DNA of 64,000 nt from a virus. This document shows, one piece after another, positions 63,975-64,000 of the stretch (positions within the stretch are counted from its first letter, which is position 1; each line of letters opens with the position of its first letter). The notes under the pieces were generated by a model. That model did no database searches, was not told the origin of the DNA, and was given only the letters and a program-made list of their open reading frames with translations. The position numbers were made by a program, and so were the translations under genes. Where the stretch lies: IMG/VR virus record IMGVR_UViG_3300021357_000002, positions 6,979-70,978 of that record, one strand, 5' to 3'.

Positions 63975-64000
63975 TTCCCATACTTCCTTAGCAGTCTCTT

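Overview
This window is most of a lytic N4-like podophage genome (Schitoviridae-type), in reverse orientation and apparently circularly permuted. An enterobacterial host is inferred from the tailspike, lysis and tRNA types. Hallmarks: a 3582-aa virion RNA polymerase (42139-52887), a two-subunit T7-like RNAP II (8781-9704 plus 5615-7651), N4 gp2-like ssDNA activator, family A DNA polymerase, primase, SSB, portal, capsid and terminase. The likely physical genome end lies near 15.0-15.6 kb: early genes with five N4-type hairpin promoters run leftward from there. The second RNAP II subunit is split in its catalytic IH|D motif by a group I intron carrying an HNH gene. Nine intact tRNAs lie at 19.1-20.45 kb. 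Most notable: (1) a tmRNA-like element encoding an ssrA-type tag (ANDDVVLMAA*) with flanking pseudoknots but no recognisable tRNA-like domain; (2) about ten further structured non-tRNA RNA units packed among the tRNAs, three of them T-arm-bearing tRNA mimics with over-long acceptor-like stems; (3) at least 11 highly diverged small Cys4 paralogs dispersed through the early region; (4) a ColE1/pBR322-like primosome assembly site; (5) a homing endonuclease insertion that appears to have duplicated and recoded the start of an ejection-protein gene. Family assignments come from motif recognition by eye. No database search or folding program was run.
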